This document shows, in pieces, positions 38,701 through 52,500 of a stretch of 64,000 nucleotides of DNA. This DNA comes from Felis catus (lineage: Eukaryota): positions 868,001-932,000 of the forward strand of contig NC_058383.1 in NCBI RefSeq assembly GCF_018350175.1, given 5' to 3'. The position numbers and the translations under genes are program-made. How positions within the stretch are numbered: position 1 is the stretch's first letter; every line of letters starts with the position of its first letter. The notes under the pieces were generated by a model. It was not told where the DNA came from. It made no database searches and saw only the letters and a list, made by a program, of their open reading frames with translations.

Positions 38701-41700
38701 ACTCTCCCCAAGAGCCGCAACAAGGCCCCGCGTGCACCGTGTCACCGGTGAGCCCGTCCCCCACCCTTGGCTCTGGACACACCGCCCCCCCTGCTTCCCC
38801 TTTCGGCCGGGGCCACCCGCCTTCCGGGGGAGCCGTCTCCCCTCCTCTGTGGATAATTCCGGAAACTCCGGCACCGGCGCCCCTTTTCCTTACCCACCGT
38901 TCCCCACGTCCCGTCCTGGTGGCACCCTCACGACACCCTCGCCGTACCCCAGGACCACACCCTGACCTTGGTCACTGCCAGTAACCCCACGCTGGCCACC
39001 TCAGCACCCGCGCTCCCCCGCGGCCTGCCCCGACGCCAGGGGGGCCGCCGGTCCATTCGCTGCCCCTCTCCTCACAGCCCCGCGGCCTCATCACGTCCCC
39101 TCACGTCCACATCACGTAGAGCCCATCCCTCCACCAAAGCCTGTGCCCGAAGAGCTGAATGTTCTAGACCAGGGGAGGCCTGGATGGAAAACTGCGGTCA
39201 GTGGTCAATGTCAGCTCTTAGCACAGGAGCAGCGACGCCCGTGGACCCCTGGCCCCGGGCAGGCGGTGGCCCAGCACACAGGTGGGCATCGGGGACCCCG
39301 TCCTCCACATATCATCCCCGAGCTCTTTCCACGGACGGCTGCCTCCAACCAGGAGGTGGGCGGCCGCTCCCCCCCGCTCAAGTGACCTCCAAGGGCATAA
39401 AAGCCCGGCACCCCCTCTGCCCCCTCGGACGGCAGACCTTAAAGACCGGGATATTCAAAACCCCTGCACAGATAGGAACGATTTTAAAGTGACCCCAAAT
39501 CACCAGAGAAAAACTAAGACCCAGGAAGGTATTAAGTTTACCCTCAGGCTGATCCTTGGCGGACATCTTCCAACAATAAATAAACAGAGAGATGACAGAG
39601 AGATAATAGATAAATAAACAAAAACAATGACGAAACCCTGGGACGAGGGGAGAGCCTGATCTCCAAGCTCCCCCCTTATCGGAAAACAGTCACGGGGCAG
39701 AGACACAGACACGCAAGGCCCATTCGAAGGAAAAGATGAACAAAACGTGCCCCCGACCAAGATTCCGTAGCAGATAAGTTACACAGACGCAAAAACCAGT
39801 TTTAAATGTGCTCGAGGAGCTAACGGAAAAGTGTGGAGAAAGCCCAGAAAACGATGTACAAACAAACGAGGGCTAGGAATAAAGACAGAAACGGTACAAA
39901 GGAACCAGAGAGGGACGCGGAGGCAGAGCCGAGCAGCGGGACCCACGGAGGCTGCGGGGCGAGGACCACACGGAAAGATCAGATCGAGACGTCGTGAGCA
40001 GAGCCTCAGGGGCCAAGCGACGGGCGTGGGGGCTCGCGGGCGGGGGCAGGGACGCGAGCTGGGGACATGACGGCGGGAAAGTCCGCCAGGTGCAGGGAGC
40101 CTGGAGCTTACGCATCCACGAGGCTCCTGAACGCTGCGACCCAACAGCGCGACGTCCAAACCCAGGCTCGCGGGCCGTGGAGCGGGACAGTGGCCACGGG
40201 TCACTTCCGACACGTCCCCAAATAGATGAGGAGCAGGCTTTCTCCTCGGAAACGTCAGAGGCCGGAAGACCGTCAGCCGATATGTGCAAAGGGCTCAGAG
40301 GGAAAGGCCGTCAACCGGGAATCCTGTTTCTGGCAAAACTGTCCTTCAAAAGTGAGGGAGAAATCCAGACCTTCCCAGCTAAACGGAGGCCGAGGGAGTC
40401 TGTGCCCAGACCTGCCTGCAGGTGAAACGACAGGACGAGGCCGGACGGAGACGAAGATCTCCGGAGAAGGAAATAACGCGGCGATTACAGAAGCTAGGGC
40501 TGTCAGACACTGGAAGGCATTCAAACAACGGTTTTCTACAGAATTTGAGACTAATTCATTTAACGAAAAAAACAATTATCAAAGTAAGAGCCAGTGTTCC
40601 TCTAACTTTGGTATTTACCCTAAATCTTATTTTCTACATAAGAAACTACAGCATTTAAAATTTTTCTCTCAAAATAAATAACTTAAAAGAGACAGCACGG
40701 GGGTGGGGGGAGCGGCAGAGAGAGAGAAGAAGGGAGAGAATCCCAAGCAGGCTCCATACCGTCAGCACAGAGCCCAGTGTGGGAGTGGAACTCCCGAACC
40801 ACGAGATCATGATCTGGGCCAAAGGCAAGATCTGGGCCAAGTCGCTTAAGTGACTGAGCCACCCAGACGCCCCTACAGCACGTGACTCTTGATCTTGGGG
40901 CCACGAGTCTGTGTTCCACATTGGGTGTAGAGATGACCTTAAAAATTTTTAGCAGGCGCCTGGGTGGCTCAGTCGGTTAAGTGTCAGGCTTCATTGAGCT
41001 CCGGTCATGATCTCACGGTTCGTGGGTTCGAGCCCCGCGTCGGGCTCTGTGCTGACAGCTCGGACCCTGGAGCCTGCTCCGGATTCGGTGTCTCCCTCTC
41101 TCTGCTCCTCCCCTGCTTGTGCTCTGTCTGTCTGTCTCTCTCTCGCTCAAATATTAATAAACATTAAAAAGAAATTTAAACAAAGAATACGTTAAAAAAA
41201 ATTTTTTTTTTTAAATTTTTTTTTCAATGTTTTTTATTTATTTTTGGGACAGAGAGAGACAGAGCATGAACGGGGGAGGGGCAGAGAGAGAGGGAGACAC
41301 AGAATCGGAAACAGGCTCCAGGCTCCGAGCCATCAGCCCAGAGCCCGACGCGGGGCTCGAACTCACGGACCGCGAGATCGTGACCTGGCTGAAGCCGGAC
41401 GCTTAACCGACTGCGTCACCCAGGCGCCCCAAAAAAAAATTTTTTTAATAAAATAAATACAAAAAGAAGAATGACTATTTATGCCTCAGGGCACACGGTG
41501 TACCGAGAGGTAAGACTGTGGCATCTACAACCACGGGGTGTGGTCCAGGCCGAGTGAGGGAGCAATTTCTGTGCGTTCCTGAAGTTCAGCTACTATAAAT
41601 TGGATCCAGGAGATTATAGATTTCGGATGTTAGATGGAATCTCCATGGCAACCACAAAGAGCCACAGAACATACACAAAAGGGAACCGGGAGGGACTTTC

Positions 41701-44700
41701 AACACTCGACTACAGAAGCTCAACACGAGAGAGGACAGGGACGCGGGAAGGGAGGGACAGCAAAGCCGTAGGCCACACACAACGGGACGAGCGCGAGCCA
41801 GACGGCAGGCCGTCCTTATCCACGTCCACGGGAAAGGTGAACGCGGGAAGCTCTGGGATCCACAGACAGGGAACGGCGGGCTGGATGACAGCCCGTGGTC
41901 CAGCCACGCGCCGTCTGCGGGAGGCTCGGCCGAGGTCGAGACGCAACAGGGTGGCGGTCAAAGGCGGGAAAGGAGATTCGTGCACACAGCCGCCAGGAGG
42001 CTGGAGCGTCTCGCGGACGCCAGACAGACTCGAAGTGAGAGCAAGGTCCCAAGGGACAAAGAAGGACGTTGCACGTTACTAAGTCCTCGGTGCGGCCAGA
42101 AGACGTGACGCACACTCACGCCTCGTGCCGCACCGTCACGACCTACGAAGCAAAACCCGGCGGAGGTGAAGGGAGAAACAGCCTCGAATGGCACACGGGG
42201 GGCTCAATAACGCGCTCGCGGTAACGGACGGCGAAGTCCGACACGGGAAACGAGGACTTCGCACAAACGACCGGATCCAACCACACGCGCCGGCCGACCG
42301 GGACGCGTTCTGGCCTGGTGCCCACGGGACGCGGCACGGGACCGACCCCACGTGAGGCCGCCTATCGGTCTCCTACGAGGTGTCCTCTCTGGCCGCGACA
42401 GGGCGGATGCAGTTAGAAGTCAACACGAGGAAAAGTGGAACGTTCACGACTTCGTGGAAGCAACACACTTTTACGAAACGACCAGTGGACCAAAGAAGAA
42501 GCCGCAAGGGAGGTGAGCAGACACTTCCAGACGGGGGAAGACGAAACACCACAAAACACGGGATGCAGCCAAGCGTGCCAAAGGCGGGTCTGGCGCCGCA
42601 AACGCCGCCGTTAAAGCACAAGGAAGGGGTCCGGTCCGCGACCTAACGGACCACGGAAGGAAGCCGACAAAGAAGAACAAACCAGACCCAAGGCCGGCAC
42701 GAGGGAGGGGAGACTGGAGCGAGCTTGATGACGGAGGGAGTAGAAACTTGAGAGAGAAAATCAACGAAACTGACAAGAGCCGGCTCTTCGACAAGAACGG
42801 CAGTTGGCGAGCCTTGAGCCGGACGGACTAAGAAACACACTCGGGCCACTAAAATCAGACTCAAAAGCGGGGACACTGCCACCAGAAATCAAAGGGTCCG
42901 GGAGACAGCGCTCTGAGCAAGGTCGCCGACGACGGGGGAACCAAGATGAAGTGGATAAATCCCTGGAAGCAGAAAGGCCGCCAAGACGAACCCATGAAGA
43001 AATGCACGGTGTGCACGGGCCGGTAAACGAGTCAGGAGCCCCCTCGGGAAACACCCCCGCCCCCCGAACAGAGCAAAGTCCTGGTCCCGACGGCCTCACT
43101 GGCGAGGCCCGCCGAACGCTTCAAGGACACCCCACGCCGGTCCTTCTCAGACTTCTCCAGAAACGCTGAGGAAGAGGGAGCGCGTCCCGACTCCTTCCAG
43201 GCGGCCGGCGTAGCCCCCATACCAAAGCCCAAGGCGCCGGGAGGAGATCGGGGACCGCCACCCCTCGTGAGCGCTGATGCAAACGCCCGAGCAGAGCGCA
43301 GGCAAACAGACCGCGACAGCGCACGCACGGACGACGCGCCCCGAGGGGCCTCGCGCCTGCACCGCGAGGAGGGCTCCCCACGACAGGCCGGCGGGGGGGA
43401 GGGGGGGGGCGCGGCCCCTGGGCAGAGGGGGGAAGACCCACGCGATCGTCCACCTCCACGGACGCGGGATCGGCCCCTGGCTGGCCCCACGCGGTCATCA
43501 CGGCACTCAGCCAACCGGGAACGGGAGGAGCCACCTCCACACGGTCCCCGCCGTCTCCGGAGAGCCCACGGGGGACGTCATGCGCAGGGGCGAGACCCTG
43601 AGAGCTCCTCCTCGAGGCGCAGACAGGCGAGGAGGCCCTCGCCGCCTCCATTCCACACCGAACTGGAAATTCCAGCCAGAGCAAGCAGGGAGAGAGAGAA
43701 GGAAAAGGCACCCGCGGCGCAAAGGAAGCAGCAACACCGTGTTGGCGCAGGACGTGGTCCTGCCACGCCGAAAACCCCAAGGGCTGCACGAAACAGCCGT
43801 CGGAGCGAGTGAATTCAGCAAAGGAGCGGGATACAAAGTCAGCAGACGGAGATCCGTTGCGTGTTTATTTTTATTTATTATTTTTTTAATAAAAAAAATT
43901 TCACTTTATTTGAGAGAGAGCACAAGTGGGGCAGAGGCAGTGCAGACAGGCGCCCCTAATTTTTTTTAAATTTTTCTTTACGTGTTTCTTCATTTTTGAG
44001 AGAGAAACAGAGAACCAGCTGAGGAGGGGCAGGGATGGGGCGGGCGGACACGGGATCCGAAGCGGGCTCCACTCTGACAGCAGTGAGCCCGAGGCAGGGC
44101 TCAAATTCACGAAACGTGAGATCACGACCTGAGCCAAAGTCTGAGGTCACCCAAGTGAGCCGGCCAGGCGCCCCAGTGGGCTCATTTTTACACCCAATAA
44201 GCGATCTGAAAGTAACTTACAACAGCATCAAAAACAATATGATGCCTAAGAAATAACCAAGCAGATAAAAAGCTTGCAGGATGATAACTATAAAACATTG
44301 TGCGAAGAAACGAGAGATGTAAATACGTGGAAACACATCCCATGTCATGGACGAGAAGACTTGAAATTGTCAAAATTCCAGGGGCACCTGGGTGGCTCAG
44401 TCGGTTACACGTCCGACCTCAGCTCCAGTCAAGATCTCACAGTCTGTGAGTTCGAGCCCCGCATCGGGCTCTGTGCTGACAGCTCAGACTGGAGCCTATT
44501 TCGGAGTCTGTGTCTCCCTCTTTCTCTGCCCCTCCCCTGTTCATGCTCTGTCTCTCTCTGTCTCAAAGAAAAATAAAAACATTTAAAAAAATTAAAAAAA
44601 AAAGAAACTGTCAAAATTCCATATGACCCAAAGCAAACGTACAGACTCCACCCAATCCCGATCAAATTCCGAATGACATATTTTGCAGAAATCAAAACCC

Positions 44701-46493
44701 ATCCTAAAATTCATATGGAATTTCAAGGGACCCTGAAGAGCAAAAACAATCTTGAAAAAGGACAACCAATTTGGAGGTTTCACACCTCATGATTTCAGAA
44801 ACTAATGCAAAGCCACCGTAATCAAAACAGACATAAAAACAGGGCACCTGAGTGGCTCAGCCGGTTAAACGTCCGACTTCAGCTCAGGTCATGATCTCAC
44901 GGTTTGGGGGTTCAAGCCCCGCGTGGGGCTCTGGGCTGACGGCTCAGAGCCTGGAGCCTGCTTCCGATTCTGTGTCTCCCTCTCTGTCTGCCCCAACCCT
45001 GCTCACACTGTCTCTCTCTCAAAAATCAACTAACATTGACAATTTTTTTTAAAAAAGGAACGAGGGAGATCTTTCATAAGCCACCTAACTCCACACCTCA
45101 AGGAACCAGAAAAAGAAGAACCAAAGAAGCCCGAAGTCAGCCCACGGAAAGAAATAACAAAGAGCAGAGTGGAAATGAATGAAACAGAGAAGAGAAAGGC
45201 GATAGAAAGATCAATGAAACGTACAGCCGCTTCGGGGGAAATACAAGCACAAACCTTTAGCCAGACTCAACAAGAAACACAGAGGGGCAGCGAGAGGACT
45301 CAGATGAGATCAGAAACGAAGAGGAGTCGTGCCCCTGACACCACAGACGCACTGGGGATCACAAGAGACCATTAGGAACGACTGCACGCCAGCAGGAAAC
45401 TCAAACGCCCCTGGGAACGTACACCCTACCAAGACGGAGTCGTGAAAACGTAGAAAATCCGAACAGACCGGTGACCAGCAAGGAGACTGAATCTGTAATC
45501 AAAGACCTTCCGGCGAAAGGTGGTCTGGCTGGTGGATTCTACCGGCACTTAAAGAAGTAATACCGATCCATACCAAAACGGAGAAGAGGGGAGAACGCTT
45601 CCAAACTCACCTGATGAGGCCAGCACCACCCTGAGGCCAAAACCAGACGAGGACGGCCCAAGAAAAGAAAATCGTAGGCCGATATCCCTGATGAACACAG
45701 ATACAAAAGCCCTCGGTGATGTATCTGCAGACCGAACTCAACAACGCACTGAGAGGGTCACAAGCCCCAAAAGAGTGGGATTGACTCCAGGGATGCGGGT
45801 TTGGATCAAGAAATCGATTCGAGGGGCACCTGGGTGGCTCAGTCGGTGAAGCGTCCGACTTCAGCTCAGGTCACGATCTCGCGGTCCGTGAGTTCGAGCC
45901 CCGCGTCGGGCTCTGGGCTGATGGCTCGGAGCCTGGAGCCTGCTTTGGGTTCTGTGTCTCCCTCTCTCTCTGCCCCTCCCCCGTTCATGCTCTGTCTCTC
46001 TCTGTCTCAAAAATAAATAAAAAACATTAAAAAAAAATTTAAAGAGAAAAAGAAATTGATTCGAGCAGTCCGTCTCCCCTTTGCTGTCCCATCCACTGCT
46101 GGCGTGTTCAATAAACTTGTATCGCCTTAAAAAAAAAATCAATTTGACATCCGCAAATCAATTAATGTGACACACTGCATCCATGAAGTGCAAGATTAAA
46201 ATCGTATGATGATTTCAATGGATGCAGCAAAAGCGTTTGACAAAATTCACCGTCTGTTTTGATAACCACCCTCAACAAAGCGGGGACGGAGGGGACGTCC
46301 TTTAGACACGACTAAAGGCCGCATGTGACAACTCACAGCTCCTATCACACCCAACAGGGGGAAGCTGAGAGCTTCTCCTGGAAAATCGGGAATCAGACGA
46401 GGAAGCCCAGCCTCTCCACTTTTGTCCCACAGAGTCCTGGGTGTCCCGGCCAGAGCAACCAGGCGAGACGGAGATGCAGACGACAGCTCAGCC

Positions 46494-46542
<49 letters not shown>

Positions 46543-49500
46543 CTGCTGGAGCTGGTAAATGAATTCAGTGAAACTGCAGGACACAAAATCAATGTACAGA
46601 AATCAGCTTCTATACACTAATAACAGAGCATCGGAGAGAGAAATTAAGAAAACAATGCCCCTGACAAGTGCATCAAATAAAACCCCCAAGAACAAACTTC
46701 ATCAAGGAGGCGAAAGGCCCGTACGCTGAACACTGTAAAACCCGAGAGAAAGGGGTGCCTGGGGGCTCAGTCCGTGAAGCGTCTGACTCCTAGTTTCGCC
46801 TCAGGTCATGATCTCACGACTCGTGAGTTCAAACCCCGTGTCAGGCTCTGTGCTGCCGCATGGATCCTGCTTGGGATTTTCTGTTTCTCCCTCTCTGCCC
46901 CTCCCCCACTCACACTCTGTCGCACAAATAAATAAACATCAAAAAAAAAAAAAAACAAACAATCTTAGAGGCGCCTGGGTGGCTCAGTAGGTTGAGCGTC
47001 CCACTTCGGCTCAGGTCACGATCTCGCGGTTCGTGGGTTCGAGTCCCGCGTCGGGCTCTGTGCTGACGGCTGGGAGCCTGGAGCCTGCTTCCGATTCTGT
47101 GTCTCCCTCTCTCTCTGCCCCTCCACTACTCACGCTCTGTCTCTTTCTCAAAAATAAATAAACATGAAAAAAAATTTTTTTAATCTTAAAGAAATAAGCT
47201 GAAGACAACACAAATAAATGGAAAGAGAGTTTGTGCCTGTGACAGGCAGAATTAATATCGTCAGAATGTCCACAGTACCCAAAACAATCTACTATTCAGT
47301 GCAATCCCTATCAAAATTCCAATGGCATTTTTCACAGAAATAGAGCATCCAGTCCCAAAATTTGTATGGAATCACACAAGACCCCAAATAGCCAAGCAAT
47401 TCTGAGAAAGCAGTGGGACACCATCCACCTGCAAAACTTCTGCCCGGCACAGGAAACCATCCACAAAGTGAAGAGACAACCCGTGGAATGGAGAGAATAT
47501 TTTCAAATCAGATCTCTGATGGGGGCTAATGTCCAACATATATAAAGAACTCATACAACCCAACAGCAAAACAAAACAACAAAAACCCCAAACAATCCAA
47601 TTAAAAACTGGACAGTTCTCCAGCGAAGGCACCCAGATGGCCAACAGGCACAGGAAAAGGTGCTCGCCATCACTCAGCATTGGGGCGCCTGGGGGGCTCG
47701 TCGGTTAAGCGTCCGACTTCGGCTCAGGTCACAGTCTCACGGTTCGTGGGTTCGAGACCCATGTTGGCCTCTGTGCTGACGCTCGGAGCCTAGAGCGGCT
47801 TCGGATTCTGTGTCTCCCTCTCTCTCTGCCCCTCCCCCACTTGCACTCTGTCTCTCTCTCAAAAATAAATAAACATTAAAAAAATTTTTTTTTTCAAATC
47901 ACTCATCATCAGGGAAATGCAAATCAGGACCACAGTGAGATGCCACCTTGCACCTGTCAGAATGGCCACCGTCCAAAAGACAAGAAGGAACAAGTGTCAG
48001 TGAGGATGTGCAGAAAAGGGAACCCTCGCACCGCTGGTGGGAATGCAGACTGGTGCAGACACTGTGGGAGACGCTATGGAGGTTCCTCAAAACTTAAAAA
48101 TAGACGTACTGTAACATCCAGCAACTCCACTTCTGGGTATTTACCCAAAGGAAACAAAAGCACTAACTCAGAACGGTATCTGCACCCCCGCGTTCACTGC
48201 AGCATAATTCACAAGGGACAAGACGCGGAGGCAGGTAAGTTTCCCCTCGTGGATGAGAAGACACAGAAAATGCGTTCACATACGCATTATTATTCCGCCA
48301 TAAAAAAAAAAGAAAACCCTGCCATTTGCGACAACATGGATGGACCTGGAGGGCGTGGCTTGGGAAATAAGCCATACAGAAAACGACAAATACTACACGT
48401 GAAATCTAAGAAAAATCCCCTACAGTCATAGATGCAGAGGCCAGATCGGTGGCTCCCGGTGGGGCAGGTGAAACGGGTGAAGGGGGTCCAGAGACACAAG
48501 CTTCCAGGTGTAAGACAGTAAGACCCGGGGGTGTAAGGGACAGCGTGGGGACTGCAAGTTGCTAGCTTGCTAGCTGCAAGTTGCTAAGAGAGTAGATCTT
48601 GAAAGCTCTCCACACGAGCAAAAGTTGTAACTGTGTGGCGATGGACGTTAACTACTGTGGGGGTCCTATGGCAACACGCACGATATCGGATCATTATGTT
48701 GTACACCTGACCCTAATCGAACGCTGTGTGTGAGTCACAGCTCAGCTTTAAAGGATTTTTTTTTAATGTTTTTTAACGTTTATTCATTTTTCAGAGACGG
48801 AACGTGAGCGGGGGTGGGGGTGGGGTGGGTGGGAAGAGAGAGAGGGAGACACAGAATCTGAAACAGGCTCCAGGCTCCGAGCTGCCAGCACAGAGCCCGA
48901 TGCGGGGTTTTGAACCCATGACCCTGGGATCATGACCTGAGCCGAAATCAAGAGTCAGACGTTTAATGGACTGAACCACCCAGGCGCCCCTATTTTAAAA
49001 CCATAAAAAGAAAGGGGTGCCTGGGGGGCTCAGTCGGTTAAACGTCTGACTTCAGCTCAGGTCACGATCTCACGGTTCGTGGGTTCGAGCTCCGCGTCTG
49101 GCTCTGTGCTGACAGTTCGGAGCCTGGAGCTGCTTCGGATTCTGTGTCTCCCTCTCTCTCTGCCCCTCCCCTGCTTGCACTCTGTTTCCTTTAGTCTCTC
49201 AAAGATGAATAAATGTTTAAAAAAAAAATTTTTTTTTTTTTAAAGAAAGAAGGGGGAGAAGAGCCTGTCCCAGCCACCGTCCTGGGCCTCATGGAGAGCA
49301 GCAGACGAGAAAGCCCACACCCTCCCCCTGCACCCCTGGGCCTGGCCGGGCACAGGGGCTTGGGGGGGGGGGACTGGGGGGCCTGGGCGAGCTGGGACCG
49401 TGCAGCCAGCTCACAGGCATGGGGAGTAAGTGAACAGGGGACATGCCTGCAGGGGGGCACCTGGTGCAGACCAGGGCTTAGCAAACACAGCCCAAAGCTG

Positions 49501-52500
49501 GCAGCAAACGAGGAGGGTACCAGGGACAAGGTCGCCCTCACCCCATCCCCCGCCCCACATGCAGCTGGAACTCGGGCACAGCTCACACACCCGTGTGGAG
49601 GGAGAAGCCAGCCCGGGCCCCTTCTGGTCAACCCAGAAGCCCTGGGTCGGCTCGGGGGCCATCTCAGCCACGTGCATCTCCCCCGGCAGGACAGGCACCG
49701 TGGCTGTGCCTCCCACCTGGGGAGCGGGCGCAGTCCGGGGAACAGGTGAGGCCGGTGGCTGCGTCCTGAGCAACCACTCCTTGCCATAAGCAGCACCCCC
49801 CACCACCACACACACACCGGACCGCTGGCCTGTGGCCTCAGCACAGAACCAGGTATGGAAAACAGCTGCAGGTTCCCCTCGCCAGTCACACAGGGTCCTC
49901 ACGTGACCCACGATCCCCTCCTCCGTCTCCACCCCCAAGACTTGAAAGCAGGACTCAGAGACCCACGCACCCACCCACGTTCATGGCAGCCAAGAGGTGG
50001 AAGTCACCTAGGTGTCCACGGGTGGATGACGGGACAAAGCGTGGCCCATCCACACAAGAGCAGAACGTGGTCCCCTAAGGTGGATAACGGAGGACCTGAG
50101 GCGAGTGGAATAAGCCAGCACAAGACAAACACTGCGTGACCCCGCTCCCACACGGTCCCGGGGTCATCAGACTCACGACACGGGGGGACACGCACCGGGA
50201 CACGCTCACACACGGTCCCGGGGTGGTCAGACTCCCGGACAAGGGTAGACGGTGGGGCCGGCGCTGGAGGAGCGGGCGGGGGTCCGTGTTTCAGACTGAC
50301 AGGATGAACAGAGCCCAGGAGACGGACAGTGGGGACAGCCGCATGATAACGAGAAGGACCTCCTGTCGCTGAACTGCGCACTTACGGTGGTTAAAATGGC
50401 AGCTCTTATGGTATCCATGTTTTGCCACAATAACACCATTTTGGTTAACCCAAAACTCAGATGGGGCTGCCCGGCCCACTCCTCAGCAGCCCTCGGCCAA
50501 CCACGCGCCCACCCAGGGGACCCTCTCCCAAACTAGGCCACGTTCCGGAAATTCCTCCCCGCCAAGCTGCTTCTGTCCTGGCTTACGGCGATTCCGATTT
50601 TGGAAGAGTCGCCTCTCCCTCGAGGCCTTGCAGGGCTGCGGGAGGGGCTCGTGCTGAGGTCACCTGAGAGGCCGTGCGGGCACACGCCGGGTCCCGGCTG
50701 AGCCGCAAGGACCCCCCAGGTCAGTCACGCCCAGACCCTCCGGGCCCTGGCTCTGGAAAACGTGCGTGGGGCAGCCCAGAACATCCGCTGTCTGGCCGGG
50801 CACAGAGACCCCCGCTCGCGGAGCCGCCCGCTCAAGCCAGAAGGCCCGGATTGGTTTTACCTGGTGCCCCAGGTGTCTCTGCCCATCAGAGTACCGCAGA
50901 ATGATGGCCCACGCCCAAAGCCAGGTGAACAGCTGAGAACCCCAAGTCCCTCCAGGGCACCGGACCCGAGGTCAGGACTTGTCCCGACTAGGCAGGCAGC
51001 TTGGAGGATGTGCTGGCGGCCCCACCCCTCCAGATGGGGCCCCCACCCGGGCCTTGCTGAGAAACGGATGCAAACACACTTACTCCCCCAGGCCTGTCAC
51101 GAGAAACGCTTCTCTGGAGGCTGTCAGCCGGGTCCCGTGTTCAAAGGCAGGGGGGGCCCGCTGCTGGGCAGGTAACAGGGAGGGAGGGTCTGGGAGCAGG
51201 TCCTGTGGGGGCTGCAGGGACTGCCCCCTCCCAGGAGCCCTCACACGACCAGCCGGCCAGGTCTGCCCAAATCTACCGCAAGGCGCCCCACCCCCACCGG
51301 GCCGGGTGTTGGAGGCGACCCAGGCCCGCCCTGATGTCCTGCTGTCCAGGGCCCAGGCCTCGGGGACCCTTGCCCTGGCGATGCCCTGCTCCTGGCTGTG
51401 GTCAGGACGACCACGAGCCGGTCCGTGTCACCACAGAGTGGCCCCCAGTCGCCCATCTGGGCCGCGGCAGCACCCCACGGTGGCTCAGAACCTGGACAGA
51501 CTAGGCGGCTTCATCCAAGCAGCAGGGACTGTAGGCGAGCATTGTATGGGGATCACGAGGGAGGAGGTAGGGTAGCAGGCCTCACCCCTCCACACACCCC
51601 TGGAGCAGGGGGGAGGCCGGGGGGGGGGCAGGGCTACAGCATCAGGAGATCTGCTCTGCCTTTGAAGCACCACGTCCCCTGAGGCGGCTCAAGTTTCCAA
51701 GGCCTCAGTTTCCCCAGCTGTGAAACGGGCTCCACAAGGCTGCCCGACAGATCAGGCAAGATGCAGGTGTCATGGACCGATTTGTGGGTCGATTCTGGAA
51801 GATGAGAGGCTTGGCCCAGTGCCAAGGAGAGCTGGGCTTGCAAGAACCCACCACTCCAGAGCCCTGTGTGCCTGCCTCGGGGCGGTGGATGCCGGCTGAG
51901 CGGGTGGGCGGGGCAAGGCAGTGCCCACTGGAGGGGAGGGCCCCCCCCCCCGCAGGGCCCAACAGGCCAAGGAAGCCCCTTCTCCCACCTACAGGCTGGG
52001 GGCCCCGGAGGTAGCCGGCGGGGGGGGGGGGCCTCTGGGTCCAAAGAAACTGCTTCCAAGCAGTGTGACCAGGAAGGACGGCGCCCGACCCCCCCCAGGC
52101 CGGCCCCCAGCCCACGTCTGAGAACATCCTGGCTGCCCTTTCTCAGCTGCCCTCTCCTCGGCGAGGCCAGCTTTCCTGAACAAGTGAACGGGTCTGGAAG
52201 AGGGAGGGAGAGCGTGGGGTGAACCAGCCCAGCTGGCGGGGGCAGGGCACAGTAGCAATGCCAGTGCTGCCCCCACCGCACCACCAGGGTGGGCCCTGCG
52301 GCTCCCGAGCTCAGGGGGCCGGGAGAACGGCCACCTCAGGCTGCTCGGCTTCCGGAAAAGCCTGTCGCTGCCTCCCCTCTGGGGCACTCAGGCTCCAACA
52401 CTGCCGCTGACCAGCAGATTCCCAGGACCTGGGGCTGTCAGAGACGCCTCCCGGCCTAGCGGGTGGGCGACAGAGGGGAGCCGGGGTCCCTTTGGGAGTG

